A DNA stretch of 64,000 bases, from assembly GCA_017499595.2 (NCBI GenBank), contig CM039003.1:2542001-2606000 (forward strand). The letters run 5' to 3'. A program made the position numbers and the translations under genes. Below, piece by piece: positions 32,195 through 46,500 of the stretch; the first letter of the stretch is position 1, and the number at the start of each line of letters is the position of its first letter. Source of the stretch: Psilocybe cubensis (lineage: Eukaryota). Below the pieces are notes generated by a model that was not told the DNA's origin, ran no database searches, and saw nothing but the letters and a program-made list of their open reading frames with translations.

Positions 32195-34270
32195 ATGTCG
32201 GGCTCATCTTCATCTTCTAAATCCGAAACTAAACCCAGAACACATGTTTTGTGTTTTGACGGAACTTCTAATGAGTATGACGCAGATGTAGGTGGCTTCT
32301 AATCGTCATTTTCTCATAACCTATATGCTGACGCTACCCAGAACACAAACGTCGTCAAGCTGTTTGCACTGCTGAAGAAGGACGACTTTGACGATCAGCT
32401 ATGCTACTATCAAGTATGTGGAGAGCGGCCGTTTTGCGTCTCGCGTTGTCTGGACTTCGTACTCATGCCGATGACCGCATAGGCTGGGATAGGAACCTAC
32501 TATGAGCCTGGAGTCGTTTCCCCTCTGTTTGAATGGGGTGCAAAGATCATGGATTATGCATTTGCATGGTGAGTGTTGGTTGCTATGATATTAGGGTGTA
32601 ACCTGACTCGGAGGATAGGTACTTGGATCAGCATGTCATGGATGGCTATACATTCTTGATGCAGAATTATCGAAGGGGTGACAAAATCTGCATTTTTGGT
32701 GCGCATACATTCCATCGCCTACCATTCTAGAGTCGTTGTATTCAGTCAGCTACAGGGTTTTCTCGTGGCGCATATACTGCAAGGTTACTATTTGCTTTAT
32801 TTCATGCATGTCAAGATGGACATTGAACGAGACATTTTAACAGAGCTTTGGGCGGCTTGCTTTACAAGGTGTGCGGTATACACATATCATGTGTGCCAGT
32901 ACTAAAATAACATCCACAGGTTGGCCTTTTGCCCCGGGACAACCAAGCCCAGGTTCCTTTCGCATATAAGATGTACAAACGAACAGACCCGGAAGGCATT
33001 CAACTATGCGCCGGTTTCAAGCAAACGTATTGTCAAGACGTGACCATTGAGTTTATGGGCGTCTGGTACGCATCTTCAGATCAGCTGTAGATTGTGGGTG
33101 ATCGCTGCTAACGTACATCTGTGCCGTTTTCCCCAGGGAGACAGTAGCAAGTGTCGGGGTCATCATGGGACGCACGTTGCCTTTTACCAACTCAAACAGC
33201 GCGATCAAAACGTTCCGTCATGCTCTTGCACTCGATGAGGTGAATACAATCTTCGCGGCTAACACCCCTCTTTTTTACCTTTACTATCCCCGTTGCTGCT
33301 TTTCTTTTTTTATGCGCAACGCTGTTTGCTGATTTGATTTTTACCGTGGTTTCCTATTATTAGCATAGGGCTAAATTTAGACCGAACTATTACCATCGAC
33401 CTGCACCTAATAATGCAGGCTCGCGACTTGATCCCGAACACGCAAGTGATCCTGTAACACAAGGCGGGTCTTCGTTTACGAAAGGCGACAGCCCCTCCTC
33501 TGATGAAGAAGATGCGACCTCGGTAAAAGAGAAAAAGAAGAAACGGTGGGGTTTTTTCGGGGTGGGAGAGACTGTCAAAGTGAAGCGGACTGGCAAGGCC
33601 ATCGCGCCCGTACTTGTCGAGGAGGACCAGACTGATCCCTGCGACGTCCTCGAAGTCTGGTTCTCCGGTTGTCACAGTGGTGCGTTGTTTTCTAAACCAT
33701 TGATTGGACGCTTTGTATCCCGAGTATATCACTGATTTATGAATTACACGACGGTACAGATGTAGGCGGCGGTGCAGTGTCCAATGATACAGTCGACAGT
33801 CTTGCGAACATTAGTTTGCGGTGGATGGTGCGCGAGGCCATGGCGGCGGCCTGCGACATCAAGTTTGATGCTGAGGCGCTTAAGCGCGCGAACATTGATT
33901 TACAGCTCGAGCCGGGTGCCCCGGAGTTGGAAATGGACGCGGTAGACGCGGTGCAGCCCATTCACGATGAGCTCAAGTCGAACCCACTTTGGTGGCTACT
34001 TGAAATTATCCCGCTGCAGTATTCGTGGCAAGACGCGAAAGGCGTATGGCACCGTAGTTGGAGGTACGTTGCAAAATTTTTTAAATATTTTGGGTTGAAG
34101 TTTTCTGATGATTTTGTTGTTTTTGGTAAAGTTTCCATCTCGGGAAAGGACGCAAGATTCAGGATCCCAATCCCAAGTTCCACACCACTGTGATGAAGCG
34201 TATGCAATCACCGCTCAATTATTCCCCCAAAGCCCGCTTTACAGCAGGATCCGAAACTTTCGTTCATTGA
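32195..34270 (+). CDS. DUF2235 (Tle1-like alpha/beta hydrolase) protein
   Basis: VLCFDGT, NTNVVKL, AGIGTY, FGFSRGAYTAR, GVWETVASVG, RHALALDE, EVWFSGCHS.DVGGG. Confidence 0.92.
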
Positions 34271-35151
34271 CCAACATTAATTCCTTCTCACATCGCTGCG
34301 AACAATCTTTGGCTTGATTGTGTATCATATATCTTGATGATGATTTCATTGACAGGGAGGCTGTATTGGCGTTACTGCACTTATAATTATTGGTGTTCTA
34401 TATTGACTACTTACGTTGTATTAATTGCTGTGACGTTGGAAACGACCTTTGATGACAGCTTTTCTTACTCTCCCGTCTCGCCTCCGTTAATTTGCCCAAA
34501 CATGCAGTACTTTTTTATGGTTTGGTTGAGGTGTGATGGATGATCCAGGGTCGCTTTAACAGTGTCAAACTGCGACTGGTGCAAATCAAATGTCAAGTTA
34601 TAGATAGAACCCCTAGCAACTCCGGCGCCAACACTAAGAATATCAAGGAATCTGAGCTCCGAGCGGCTTATTCGTGTTAGAATGAGAATTTGCGGCAACA
34701 TGTGCAATTGCGATGAGTCGAGTAACGAATACCGACAAGGACGATTGGTTTGCGACTGGTTTGAGGCCTGGACACAGAATCTTGGTCATGAAGGGAGTCT
34801 AGAAGTAAATTTTGAGAAGCAATCGTTCAGTCCAGGACTGAATATGCATGCGAGGCGCCACAGACACATATAGCGAAAGGTGGCAAAGGTGCAAAAAATA
34901 TCAGGGGTTTGGATTCTGGAATTAAGGTTGCGGAAGGAGTGGCCAGACTCGGAAAGCGGGGAAGCCGACTTGGCGATCAAATTGTGCCACGTGCCTTTTG
35001 TTCTTATTCGGAAATATACTATTTATCTGGCCAATCTGCTTCTTCTCATCCTTGTCCCCGTTGGCTGTCTCTCATAGCTTGCTTGCTCCTATAACTTGCT
35101 CTCTGCTTTTGATTTGTAGAGACTCCAACTTCCACCTTTTTTCCTCCGACA

Positions 35152-36954
35152 ATGGCGATGGCGACTCCTATCCGCAAGAAGAGGAATTGGAAGGCTCTGC
35201 AACTGAGTGTTGCAGGTGATCCTTCCCCAGCGACTGCCCCGGAGGGTACAGAACCAATGGCCATTCGACAGGCTCCAGCTCCAGTCGTCGCAGCTACAGC
35301 ATCGGCACCCGTCGTCGGTGGAAAGAGACGGCCACCTCCCATGGTGATCAAAGCGCCTAAAATTCCCACCTCAACCGGTGCTGTATCCGCGGTAGAACAA
35401 GACGGCAACATGCTCACCGTCGGTGGAAACCTAAACCAGCAGCCACATTCAGCATCGCCTAATCTACGTCGTAATACGTATCATGCCACACTATCCAACA
35501 CGCTAGCCAACCTGGACATGAACGCCGAAATCAAGTTCGATTTGAAGAATGAGGATCTCAAAGACCTGCAGGAGCTCGGACAGGGGAACGGCGGAAGTGT
35601 GAAGAAAGTTGAACACATCCCAACAAAAACCATCATGGCCAAAAAGGTGCGTTAATTTTGCTGTCCACCAATTACTGGTGTCCAACCGTCCGGATGTTCA
35701 TCACTGATGCGCTTGTGGCTGACGTCGTAGATCGTCCTGATTGATGCGAAGCCCTCTGTGCGGAAACAGATCTTGCGAGAGCTGCAGATTATGCACGATT
35801 GTCATTCGAAGTATATCATATCCTTCTGGGGAGCTTTTCTTGCCGACCCTAATATCTGCATGTGCATCGAGTTCATGGACAAGGGGTCACTAGATGGCAT
35901 CTACAAGAAAATTGGACCCATCGACATCGACATCGTCGGTCAGGTGGCCCTGGCCGTGTTGGAAGGTTTGACATATCTTTATGATGTCCACCGTATCATT
36001 CATCGAGGTATGTCCCAATTTCTTCGACTAAATATCCCTCTCCCTCGTCCTCTGTCACGTGAGGGACCGAGATTGGAGACGACCTTGTCCAACCGGCAGT
36101 GTTGTCAAGACTGAGGTGTCGTCATAACGATTTTTCCTGGTTGCTGACTTCTTTTTCGTGTAGACATCAAGCCGTCGAATATCTTGTTGAATTCACGAGG
36201 AGAGATCAAAATTTGTGATTTCGGTGTATCCGGAGAGCTCATAAACTCCATTGCTGATACGTTCGTGGGCACTTCGACGTACATGAGCGTGCGTAGTTAA
36301 TCATTTTGATATCTTGATTCACAAGGTTGACATACTTTTCTCTCTCCATTGCGTGCCCAATCATGACTTGTACACTTTTTGAACACTTCTCGTCGTGCCG
36401 TTAGCCCGAACGAATACAGGGAGCGCAGTACACTGTCAAATCAGATGTCTGGTCGCTCGGCATTTCTCTGATCGAGCTTGCCCTTGGCCGTTTCCCATTC
36501 TCTGAGTCAACGTCTGATGGAGAGTCAGACTCGGACTACGAGGGAACTCTGTCGCCTGCCCGACCCGGTTCTATATCGCTCTCCGGTCTCCCACCTGCCC
36601 GTATCAAGAGGAATACGCCGAAGAAGGACAAGCGGAAGAGTAAAGGTGTGAGTTTGCAGGGTGGAGGAATGACGATGAGTATCTTGGAGTTGTTGCAGCA
36701 TATCGTGAACGAGCCTGCACCACGGCTGACGCCTGAAGGACGATACCCGAAGGAAGCTGAGGCATTCATTGACAGCTGTCTGTTAAAAGATCCTGATAGC
36801 AGAAAGACGCCAAAGGATCTATTGGTGGGTTGAAGTTTTGTCTTGTTTCAATATAATTACTGATAATCATCGCGTGAATTTGTAGAAGGATGCATGGATA
36901 GAACAGGCACGAGTGTCGACAGTGAATCTGGAAGACTGGGCGAGCACATTCTAG
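35152..36954 (+). CDS. STE7: MAP kinase kinase, Ste7/Fuz7/Byr1 type
   Basis: N-terminal docking motif [68 protein letters not shown]. Confidence 0.93.
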
Positions 36955-37346
36955 AGATTGGACTTGAAGTTCAGTTACCCTCCAACCATTACGCATATGC
37001 CATATCTTGCTTTCTAGACCCAGGAATATTTACAGACAGCAGAATATTTTTGTCGTCCATCTTTCGCCTTTTTTTTCTATGTTCCAAAGAGATACCACAT
37101 TTTTCTTCTTATTTAACCCACTATCATCGCTCTCTCACCATACCTTCATTTCTATGGCTTTGCGTTGTCGTTGTTATTCTCTTCTACATTGTGCTTGGTT
37201 CGAATCTTCTCATATCAGATAGTAATTGTATTTTAGGTGGATGTAAAACGTTACACACACAATCGAAGTGTTTGCGAAACGAAACGATTCTCGGTCGTGT
37301 CACACATGGTGCTAAGCGCAATATGTCACATCACATGATATGACCT

Positions 37347-37363
37347 CGCGTCATTTTCGCGCC
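37347..37363 (+). promoter_or_regulatory. CGCG-core (MCB/E2F-like) motifs upstream of RAD4
   Basis: CGCGT and TTTTCGCGCC about 100 bp before the ATG; function inferred only. Confidence 0.3.
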
Positions 37364-37454
37364 GAAATGTGGAGTGACTCATCCAAAGTACCTTGAACTT
37401 GAACCTCCATCACAAAAAAATCAACTACTAATTTATTCAAACACATAAACCCAA

Positions 37455-40400
37455 ATGTCCTCAGAATTAGAAGATGAAACCTTGCTTCAAGAAGAAGAAA
37501 GTGAAGATGAATTCGATTGGGAAGAAGTCGAAGTGCCCGAACATCAAGCTCCACATCTTGAAATTACACTGCAGCTGGGCCCCAAGGCGTCCAAGAACAG
37601 CGCAAACGCGGACAAGTCGGTCGCTTCCATCACTTCTCAGTAGATTGAACGTGGTTTTTAGATCTCATTTTGGCTAGGAAGAAGGGAATAAACCATGCAG
37701 AGCGGCTTGTTCGGATTGATTGTCATAAGATTCACACTGTCGCTCTCATTGCTAGTGCTCGTCAGCGGAACCTGTGGATTAACAATTCCTTATTACATGT
37801 GCGTTTGTGCTTATTATGTGCTGTGCGGACGTTGTGTTTACGTTGAGCGTTCAGGCTAGACTTCTCTCTCTCACTCCGCTGCATCTCCAGAATGCTTTTT
37901 CAGTTATTCATAAATCCCGCGTGCCAGATCAGAACCAGCGTGGGCGCATGTTTGAGAGAGCCGTTGAGAATCTAACTACATGGTGGGCTACTACATTCTT
38001 TGAAGTGATACCCGACGGACACATACGCAACCGGACGTATGATGAAATACAGCAGAAACTCGAAATACGAGGGCTGCATATCAAGACTGCCGACGAGGAG
38101 CTACTCGACGTTGAGACTCTCCAAGATATTGTCGATGATGAAGTAGAAACGATTCGAAGTTCAAAGAGTCTTATGAAACATGCGCTTATGCGTAGCGGAT
38201 CTAGGGATACGAGTGCGCAGCTTTTTACAGCTTTGTGTAGAGGTCTGGGCATCCCCGCTCGTTTGATCGTCAGCGTGCAGAGCGTCCCATGGCAAGCCAG
38301 CATCGGAAGACCGAAGCCCAAGTATGAGAAGAAGCCGAAGGGAAAGGGGAAAGAAACAGAAGTTGTACAGGACAATGAAGCCGGCGAAGCCTCGAGTTCG
38401 AGTCAATGGGATCATCTGAAAGAGCCTGGAAATCGACTTGACGGCGGCTCCGTGCCCATGAGCGAGAAGGCAAAAGGCAAGCAAAAGGCCAAACCGATAA
38501 TCAAGCTGCGGAAAACGAAGACCAAGGGTAAGGTCTTGGGGAGGCCAACCAGACTGGGTATGTCAGCCCTTGCCATGCTTCACAGTACTATTTGTCTCAT
38601 TGTTCATGACCAGCCTCTCCGGATCCGCTAACAACGCCTCCAGTATATTGGACGGAAGTGTTCTCCAGGCCAGATTCCCGATGGTTCCCAGTTGATCCTA
38701 TTCGTGGGATCGTCAATAAACGTAAGGTGTTCGATCCGACTCCATCAACCAGCAATGTCAATGCACAGGCCAGGATACCCACAAAAGTCGAGAATCGGAT
38801 GGTCTACGTGGTTGCATTTGAAGAGGATGGATATGCCCGAGATGTGACGCGGCGGTATGCTAAAGAGTACAGCGCGAAGGTGGCAAAAGTTCAAGGTGGA
38901 AGCAACGCGCCCAATATTGGCGGTGGGGGCAAAGGCCGCCAGGCGTGGTGGGATAAGGTTGTCAGCTCCATTGAGCGACCGTTTCGATTAGTGAGCAGAC
39001 TTTCTTAATCCTAGACGAAATGTTGATGAATGAATAGAACCGCGATGATTTGGAAGATCAAGAACTGGAGGCAGTTCAGCTGATGGAGGGCATGCCTACC
39101 ACGATGTCTGGGTTCAAAGACCATCCACTGTATGCCCGCCTCATCAACTACTTTTCATGTTGCTCACTATTTCATTCAGATATGTTCTGACGCGACATCT
39201 GAAGCAAACCGAGACAATTCATCCTCCACCACCAGTTACACCAGAGCTTGGAAAGTTTAGAGGAGAGCCTGTTTACCCGCGATCGGCTGTAGTTTCTTTG
39301 AAGACGGCGGAAAATTGGATGCGAAACACGGGGCGGATGGTAAAAGCTGGCGAGCAGCCAATGAAGATGGTAAAGATCCGCGCAGGGACCGTCAATCGCA
39401 TGCGGGAACTCGAGGTCCTCAAAGATGAATTGAGCGTGGCTGGTGAAGGAACTTCGAATTCGGGCCCAGAGGTTCTGCAAGGCTTGTACGCATTTTCACA
39501 GACGGAGCCTTACGTCCCCGATCCTGTGGTCGATGTGAGTCACTTTTTTACCTACATTGTGTTGCGCTTGCTTTCGGTCGCGGTGTGATTTACGAGACAT
39601 TTTTTAGGGTAAAGTCCCTAAAAACAATTTTGGCAATATCGATCTGTACGTACCGTCTATGCTCCCTAGAGGAGCAGTGCATATACCCTGTAAGTTTTTT
39701 TTTCGGGCACCGTGTAGGCTTGGTAGAGGGGCTCAATTCATTTTTATCTTTTGTTGTCGTTCAATAAGTCAAAGGTGTTGCCAAAATAGCTCGAAAACTA
39801 GGCTTTGACTATGCCGAAGCAGTTGTACGTAGTTTTCTTTTCAATTTGCTGACCCCATCTTTAACTTGTATTCCGTATTCAGACTGGTTTTGAGTTTAAG
39901 AAACGCAGGGCGTTTCCCATACTGGAAGGAGTGGTTGTCGCAGCTGAAAATGGAGAAGCTCTGACAGAGGTAATGATCACCATTTGTATTGCGATATATT
40001 CGTTAAACCCAACTTGTCCTGCAGGCGTATTTGGAGGCTGAACGGGAAGCAGAGGAGAAAGCCAGACTCAAACGGGAAGAACGTGTACTGAAGCACTGGA
40101 AGCGCTTGATCCACGGCCTGCGCATTCGGCAGCGACTGCAGGACCAATATGCCACCAGGGCGGGTCATGGGCAGAGCCAGCACCACCATGGGCATTCGCA
40201 TTCCCACGTTGAAGCCACTGAGAGCGAAGTTAAATCGCGAGAAGGGTCGCCTCATGTTCGTACCATTCAATTTGCTTTCATTCCTCTTCCGCCCCTGTTA
40301 TTCTTTGCTTTGGCGTGGATACCAGGGGAGGAGGGCGTTATGTTAATCTAAATCTAAACCTTTTGTTTTTTTGTCTCTTTGTAGAATGATCCACAGGACA

Positions 40401-41623
40401 CGGCAGGTGGCTTCCTAGCAGGCGCGGATAAAGTGGTATACGCCTTCCATCTGCCCAAGAACACACACGTCGTGTTACCTTCTACACCTCCCCCTGGGGG
40501 TGTAGCGGAAGGTGCCGGCGCGCCGGACGCACGGCGGGATGCAGAGGAGGAAGAGGACGTACCCCGCGAGGCGTTCGTCACGTACGATCTCGACGAGGAC
40601 GACGAGGAGAAAATGGAGATTGATTACGCGGTAAATGGCGGGACGCGTGTGCAGAGTGGTGGCCCAGGCGTCAACGGGTTTGATGCTGCGTATGTCCCGA
40701 AAACGATGCAACAAATGGCTGAGGATGCTGCTGCTGAAGCTGAAGCGGCGCAGAAGCTGCAGGGCGACGGAGATGATGTGCTGGGCGAGATTATCACGAC
40801 GGAGCCCCCGCCGCCACCGCCACCGCCGCCCACAGCAGCAGCAGCTGCTGCTGCTAGCGCTTCTGCAGGTACAGGCGTGGATAAGGTTACTACTACTCCT
40901 ACGCTGCCTGGCAGAACTACGCGAGCCAGAGCCAGAGCCACTGTCTCTTCCTCGTCTGCTGCTGCTACGTTTGCGTCTACGTCTACGTCTGCGACGCCCA
41001 ACAGCCTTTCATTGCGTAAGGACGCGACGTCGACGCTTGAGGATGAGGCTCAGGCTCAGGCTCAGGCTAATGCGGGTCTGGGTTCGAGTTCGAGAAATGC
41101 TGGCACCAGGGCAGGGGCAGGGACGGCGTCACGCGCGAAACCGCCCCCGAAACCGAAGCTGGATGCGAATGGGAATGGGAATGCGAAGGTAAATGCAAAG
41201 GCAAAGGCAACGGCGAAAGGGAGAGCGAAACCTAGAGCTAGAAGTTCGGCGAAGCGGAAGCGTGGCCGTGGTCGGCGAACTGCTGCATCCGAGTCCGAGT
41301 CCGACGAGGCGGAGGAGGGGGATGAGGATGAGGAGGGGGATGAGGATGTGCCGCTGGATGATGATGATGACAATAACACTGACGAGTCCGATAAGGACGA
41401 TGACGAGGAAGATGAAGAGGATTTCGGTCCATCGCCTAGCAAGCGCGCGCGCGTAAGCGTAAAGATCAAACCTCCTCCACGCACACTTGCGCAATCTGCA
41501 CAATCTGTAACTTTGACACCACAATCAACGCGCACGCTGCGCCCGCGCGCGTCCAAGACGCCTGCGCAAATTGCGGAGGACAGGAGGCGCGAGGAGGCGT
41601 TTCGCAGGGCTGTGGCTGGATAA
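37455..41623 (+). CDS. RAD4: Nucleotide excision repair protein Rad4/XPC with a long low-complexity C-terminal tail
   Basis: FDWEEV, GSRDTSAQLFTALCRGLGIPARL, YWTEVF, ARDVTRRY, FKDHPLYVLTRHL, VPKNNFGNIDLY, TGFEFK, WKRLIHGLRIRQRL. Confidence 0.95.
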
Positions 41624-43557
41624 TGCCTACTGTTGTTGTGATTGTTTTTTCTCTTTTTTCCTTTTTTCTGTTTTTCTTTTTTTCTTTTTGGCTATGAAGA
41701 TGCTGGGTGCATCCCGTCACTATTTAATTTAGCACTGGCGTTTATCTATTTGTTTTTGTTCTTTGGAGGTGGAAACTGATTTTTTTTGCTTTGGAAATTC
41801 CGACTTTCGATGTTCCATTTTCGATTCTCGATTTTCTGTTTTGTGTTTTTTTGGATACTTGGTTGGGAATGGATATTACCTCCCTTTCTCCAAGCAGATT
41901 GATCACTGAACTTCATTCCGCGTGAAAGCTACTCAAATTTGAATTAGATTCCATCGTCCACCGTGACATACCGTACAATACAGAATACAAATTGCAACTT
42001 ACTCCCGGTTTAAATCCCGTTACATTGTACTGTATTCTCATTGTCATGTCTCGGTTCTCTTCTTCCATCTTCCATCATTATGGTCCCCAGATCTTCTTTA
42101 AAATTATAGTGATCGTTATAGTTGTATTGTAGGTAACATATCGAATGTATCCATATGCCATTTGGCATTGGTTACATTTTAATTAGTGTTCGGTTTTGTT
42201 CTATTGGATTTGAATATCATACTCATACTCGTACATACAATACTCATAGTTATATCGTCCTCCTCTGAATCTTCAAGTTGATTAATTGATAAATGACTCG
42301 GATTAATTCAATTTTTCGTTGACGAACGAAATGAAATGATTATCATTCGACGAATTGACTTGTGGGATAGAGATGAATGGATGGATGGAAAGGACAGACA
42401 AACGAACGAACGCATGAGAACGAACGAATCAATGAGAATGAGAATGAAAATGGGGATTGAATATTGAATAGGAATGTAAAGTGCTCGTATCAAGATTCGA
42501 TGGATGCTCAGTGTTCAAGCGCTCAATGCCCACACAGAACCATCCTATGGCTACACCGACATAACCCAACCCAATTCAAATTCAAATCCAAGAAGTCCAG
42601 ATATCAACCTCCAATATCCAATGTCCAACGTCCAAATTGCAACCCGAAAGCCCCCAAAATCCAAATTTTAAATCCAAAAATCCAAAGTCTGAAAGCACAT
42701 AGAAGATAGTAGAGAAAACTTCGACAGTTCAAAACACTCAAACAGAAACAGTAAACCAAAAACCAAAAACGGAAACAGTAAGAACCAAAAACAGAAACAG
42801 AAAACCCAAAAACAGAAGCAGAAGAACCAAAAGCAGAAACAGAAGAACCCAAAAACAGAAATAGAAGAACGACACAGAATAACCATAAAAATACAGATGA
42901 ACCATAATGACACCGAAGAACCAAAAGCAGAAACAGAAAAAACCAAAAAAAAAAAAAAAAGAAAGAAAAACAGACACCGTGACATAGAAAAAAACAGAAC
43001 GAAGTAAAAAATCCGACACCTCCAACACCAAACCACATTCAATTCAAATTTTCAAACCTTTTCTTGTCTGGAAATTTTATCATCTCTCGGTCTCGTTCGC
43101 GTTCGCATTTTTATCCAAAGTATCCAAAGTCGTACATCGTCTTATCTTACCCTTCACATTCACATTCACATTCAAATCCAAATCCAAATTCAATCCAAAT
43201 CTCCGTCATTTACATATGAAAGTTCTATTCGGGTTACTCGACATATCTGAATCGTACATACATCCACCCTCGAACTGCGAGCTAAAACTTGAACTTCATA
43301 ATACTAACTAGATCAGGCATCGTTTCACACCAAGGATCCGCACGCATCCGCATCCGCACTGGTGACATTGACAATGACAGTAAGAGTGAGGGTGACGGTG
43401 ACGGTGAGGGTGACGGCGTCTAAATCCTCTTTACCCACTTTACACATTTGACTCTGTCACCCTTTTGTTTTTTTTTTTTTGACTTTGCTTTCAACTTCTG
43501 TTTTCGCCCACGCATTCACTTCAACTTCTGTTTTCCGTTTCGGTTTTGACTTCAACT

Positions 43558-46500
43558 TCAACTCCTGTTTTCGGTCTCGACTTCGCTTTCCCTTGTTTTG
43601 ACTTCGACTTCAGTTTCTCTTGTTTCGACTTCAGATTTATCTCCACTTTGCCTTCCATTCACCCCCTCTCCCTCCCCCTCCCCCTCTCCACCCTCCCCCT
43701 CACCCTCCCGCACCCCCTCCCCCTCCTCCTCCTTCAAACCCAAATCAAACACACCAGAAGAAGAACCAGACCCAGAAGAAGAAGAACCCACATTAAACAC
43801 AGAAGGCACCAAACACGCAAAAGTAAGATACGAAGTGTGCCCTCGCACCTCATGTAATGCTTTTGCTACGTTTATTTTTCTTGGTGTTTGTTTTTGTGTT
43901 GGTGGTTGGGTTTGTTTTTGTGGTTGGGTTTTGTTTTGTATTTGGTTTTGGCTTTGGCTTTGGCTTTGGCTTTGAGTTGGTGTCGGTATTTGTTTTTGTG
44001 CTGGTGTCTGTGTCGGCGTTTGTGTCTGCGTCTGCGTCTGTGTTGATGTTGGTGTTGGAGTCTGTACTGTAGAACCGGATATCGTCGTAGATGACGTTGG
44101 TACAGATGCAACTGCTATTGACGTTGATGACGCTGCCGCTTCCGTTGGCGCGCTTGTACTTGATGATAGACCAGTCGTCGGTATCGGTATAGGCGCAGGC
44201 GTAGGTGTAGGCGTTACAGACATCGGCGTGGACATCTCCACATCCTCATCTCCGCGCACATCCTCATCCACATCTCCCTCCGCATCCGCATCCTCATCGC
44301 CCTCTACACCCACATCAGTACCCTCACCAGTACCCTCACCCCCACCCTCACCTCCGCTCCCACCCCCACCCGCACCCTCAATCCTCACCTTCTTACTCAC
44401 ACCCTCCTCCTCCCCGTCCTCCCTCTCTCTCTTCACCCCCACCCCCCTCCCACCCCCACCCCCCCTCGCCACCCGATTCGCCTCAACCTGCCTCACCCTC
44501 TTCTCCTCCCTCCTCACCTCGCTCGCCTTCAACCTCTCCGATACGGCCGCTACAGACTGCAGTGGTGCGTGCTGGAACACTTCGTGTGGGCGTAGGAGGG
44601 TTTCGTAGGTTGTTATTTCTTTTTTTTGTTTTTTTGTTTTTTGTGTTGAGTTTTGGGGTGGTTGGGTGGATTTTGTGGGTGGATTTGTGTGAGTGTGAGA
44701 GGGGAGGGAGAAAGAGAAAGAGAACGTTAGTCAGGTTAAGATCGATCAGAGAAGGAACAAAAAGAAGAGAAGTTATTGAAAATTTGAAAAAATTTGAGAA
44801 TCAAAAATATAAGAGCGAAGGTGATATGATAAAAGAAAGAAAGAAATAAAGAAAAGTAGCGATGAGGTCTCAAAAAACAAAAAGAAAAACAAAAAGAAAA
44901 AGAAAAAGAAAAGAAGAAAATTGTGAATCGCAATTTTCGGATATATGCGCTACAAGTTTCGCGATATATGAATTACAATTGAAATTTGGAACTGGTCAAA
45001 TTAGAACCAGAAGCAGAGGAGGAGGAGGAAGTGTCGCATACATACACCCACAGAACACAGAACAGAACACAGAAAGCCGAAAGCACGTTCCAGGGTCCAA
45101 AAATCCTGAATCCCGTACAGAGCAAAGCAAAGCGGAAAAAAAACGCCCCTCCTCTCCCCCCCCCCCCCCCAAAAAAAAAAAGAAGAAAAGAGTCAGAGAG
45201 TGGGAGTCAGAGAGCCAGAGGTGTACATGCGCTGCGTAGCGCAAATATGCACCCATACAAAACCAGAATTCAGAATCAGAATCAGAATTAGAATTCTGGA
45301 TCCGGAACGGAACAGAGCATAAAGGCAAAAAAAAAAAAAAGAAAAAAAAAGGCTTCAAAGCTGCACAAAAAAAAAAACGAAAAACACGAAAAACCAGAAA
45401 AACAGAAAAACCAGAAAACAGCAAGAAAAAACCAGAACAGAAAAACAGGTAACAGAAAAAAAACCAGGTAACAGATAACAAAAACACCTCAAAAAACCAG
45501 AAAAGCAGGGAAAAAACCCCAAACACAAACCCAAAAACAAAGACAAACTCAGCTCAGTAGCCCAGCACTCACCAGTAAACCCAGCCTCATTCAACGCGCT
45601 CACGGTGCGCAGGACCTGTTCGATGCACGGGCTGAAGCAGCATATGCGGGCTAGCGTGTCTTTCTGTTGTGTGTTGGAAATGGGTGTTAGAGATGGGTGT
45701 TAGTGATGGGCATTAGAGATGGGTGTTAGATGTGAATGTGAGGGTGTGGGTGTGGGTAAGAGTGTGAGGGTGAGGGTGGAGGGTAGGATGTGGGAGTGTA
45801 AGAAGGTAGAAGGTAGAAGGTAGAAGGGCAAAAGGGAAAGGGGAGGGGATGGGGAAGGAGGAAGGAGGAGGGGGAGGAGGGGAGAAGGAGATGGGGAGAA
45901 GGAGATGGGGAGAGGACGACGTACCCTTAACGCCTTCTTCGCATGTTCAACTGCGTCCCATGGAGCGGGTAGGTCTAGGAACACTGGGGGCGGGTGATAG
46001 TGGATGGTGGATAGTGGGAAGAAAAAAAAAAACAAGAAAGGAAAAGAAAAGAGAGAATCGTCAGCGCACCGCCATGACAAAAAAAAGGAAGAAAGACGTA
46101 CCAGCATCCACAGCATCCACAACCGTGAACCCGTCCTTGCACACATTACGATGCGTGAGCGTGATTGTACTTTCGAGACCGTGCCGGGCGAATTCTTCTC
46201 TGTATGTCGGGAGGGAGGTCAGAACGCATAAGAGAGAGAGAGAGAGAAAGACGAACTTTGCTTTGATATACCGCGCTTCATGGAACTCGTACGAGTACAA
46301 ATGTCCTTTTGCGCCAATCGTGCGTGCGACAGAGTGCGAGAACGACGCAGAGCCCGTGCCTATAACCACTCATCAGCCCCCCCCAAAAAAAAACAACGAA
46401 GAAAAAAAAAACCCACCAGCCTCAACAACCCTACTCCCCGGCCTAATCCCCAAATACGCCGTAACAAACGCAATATCCGCCACATACAAAATCTGCGTCC

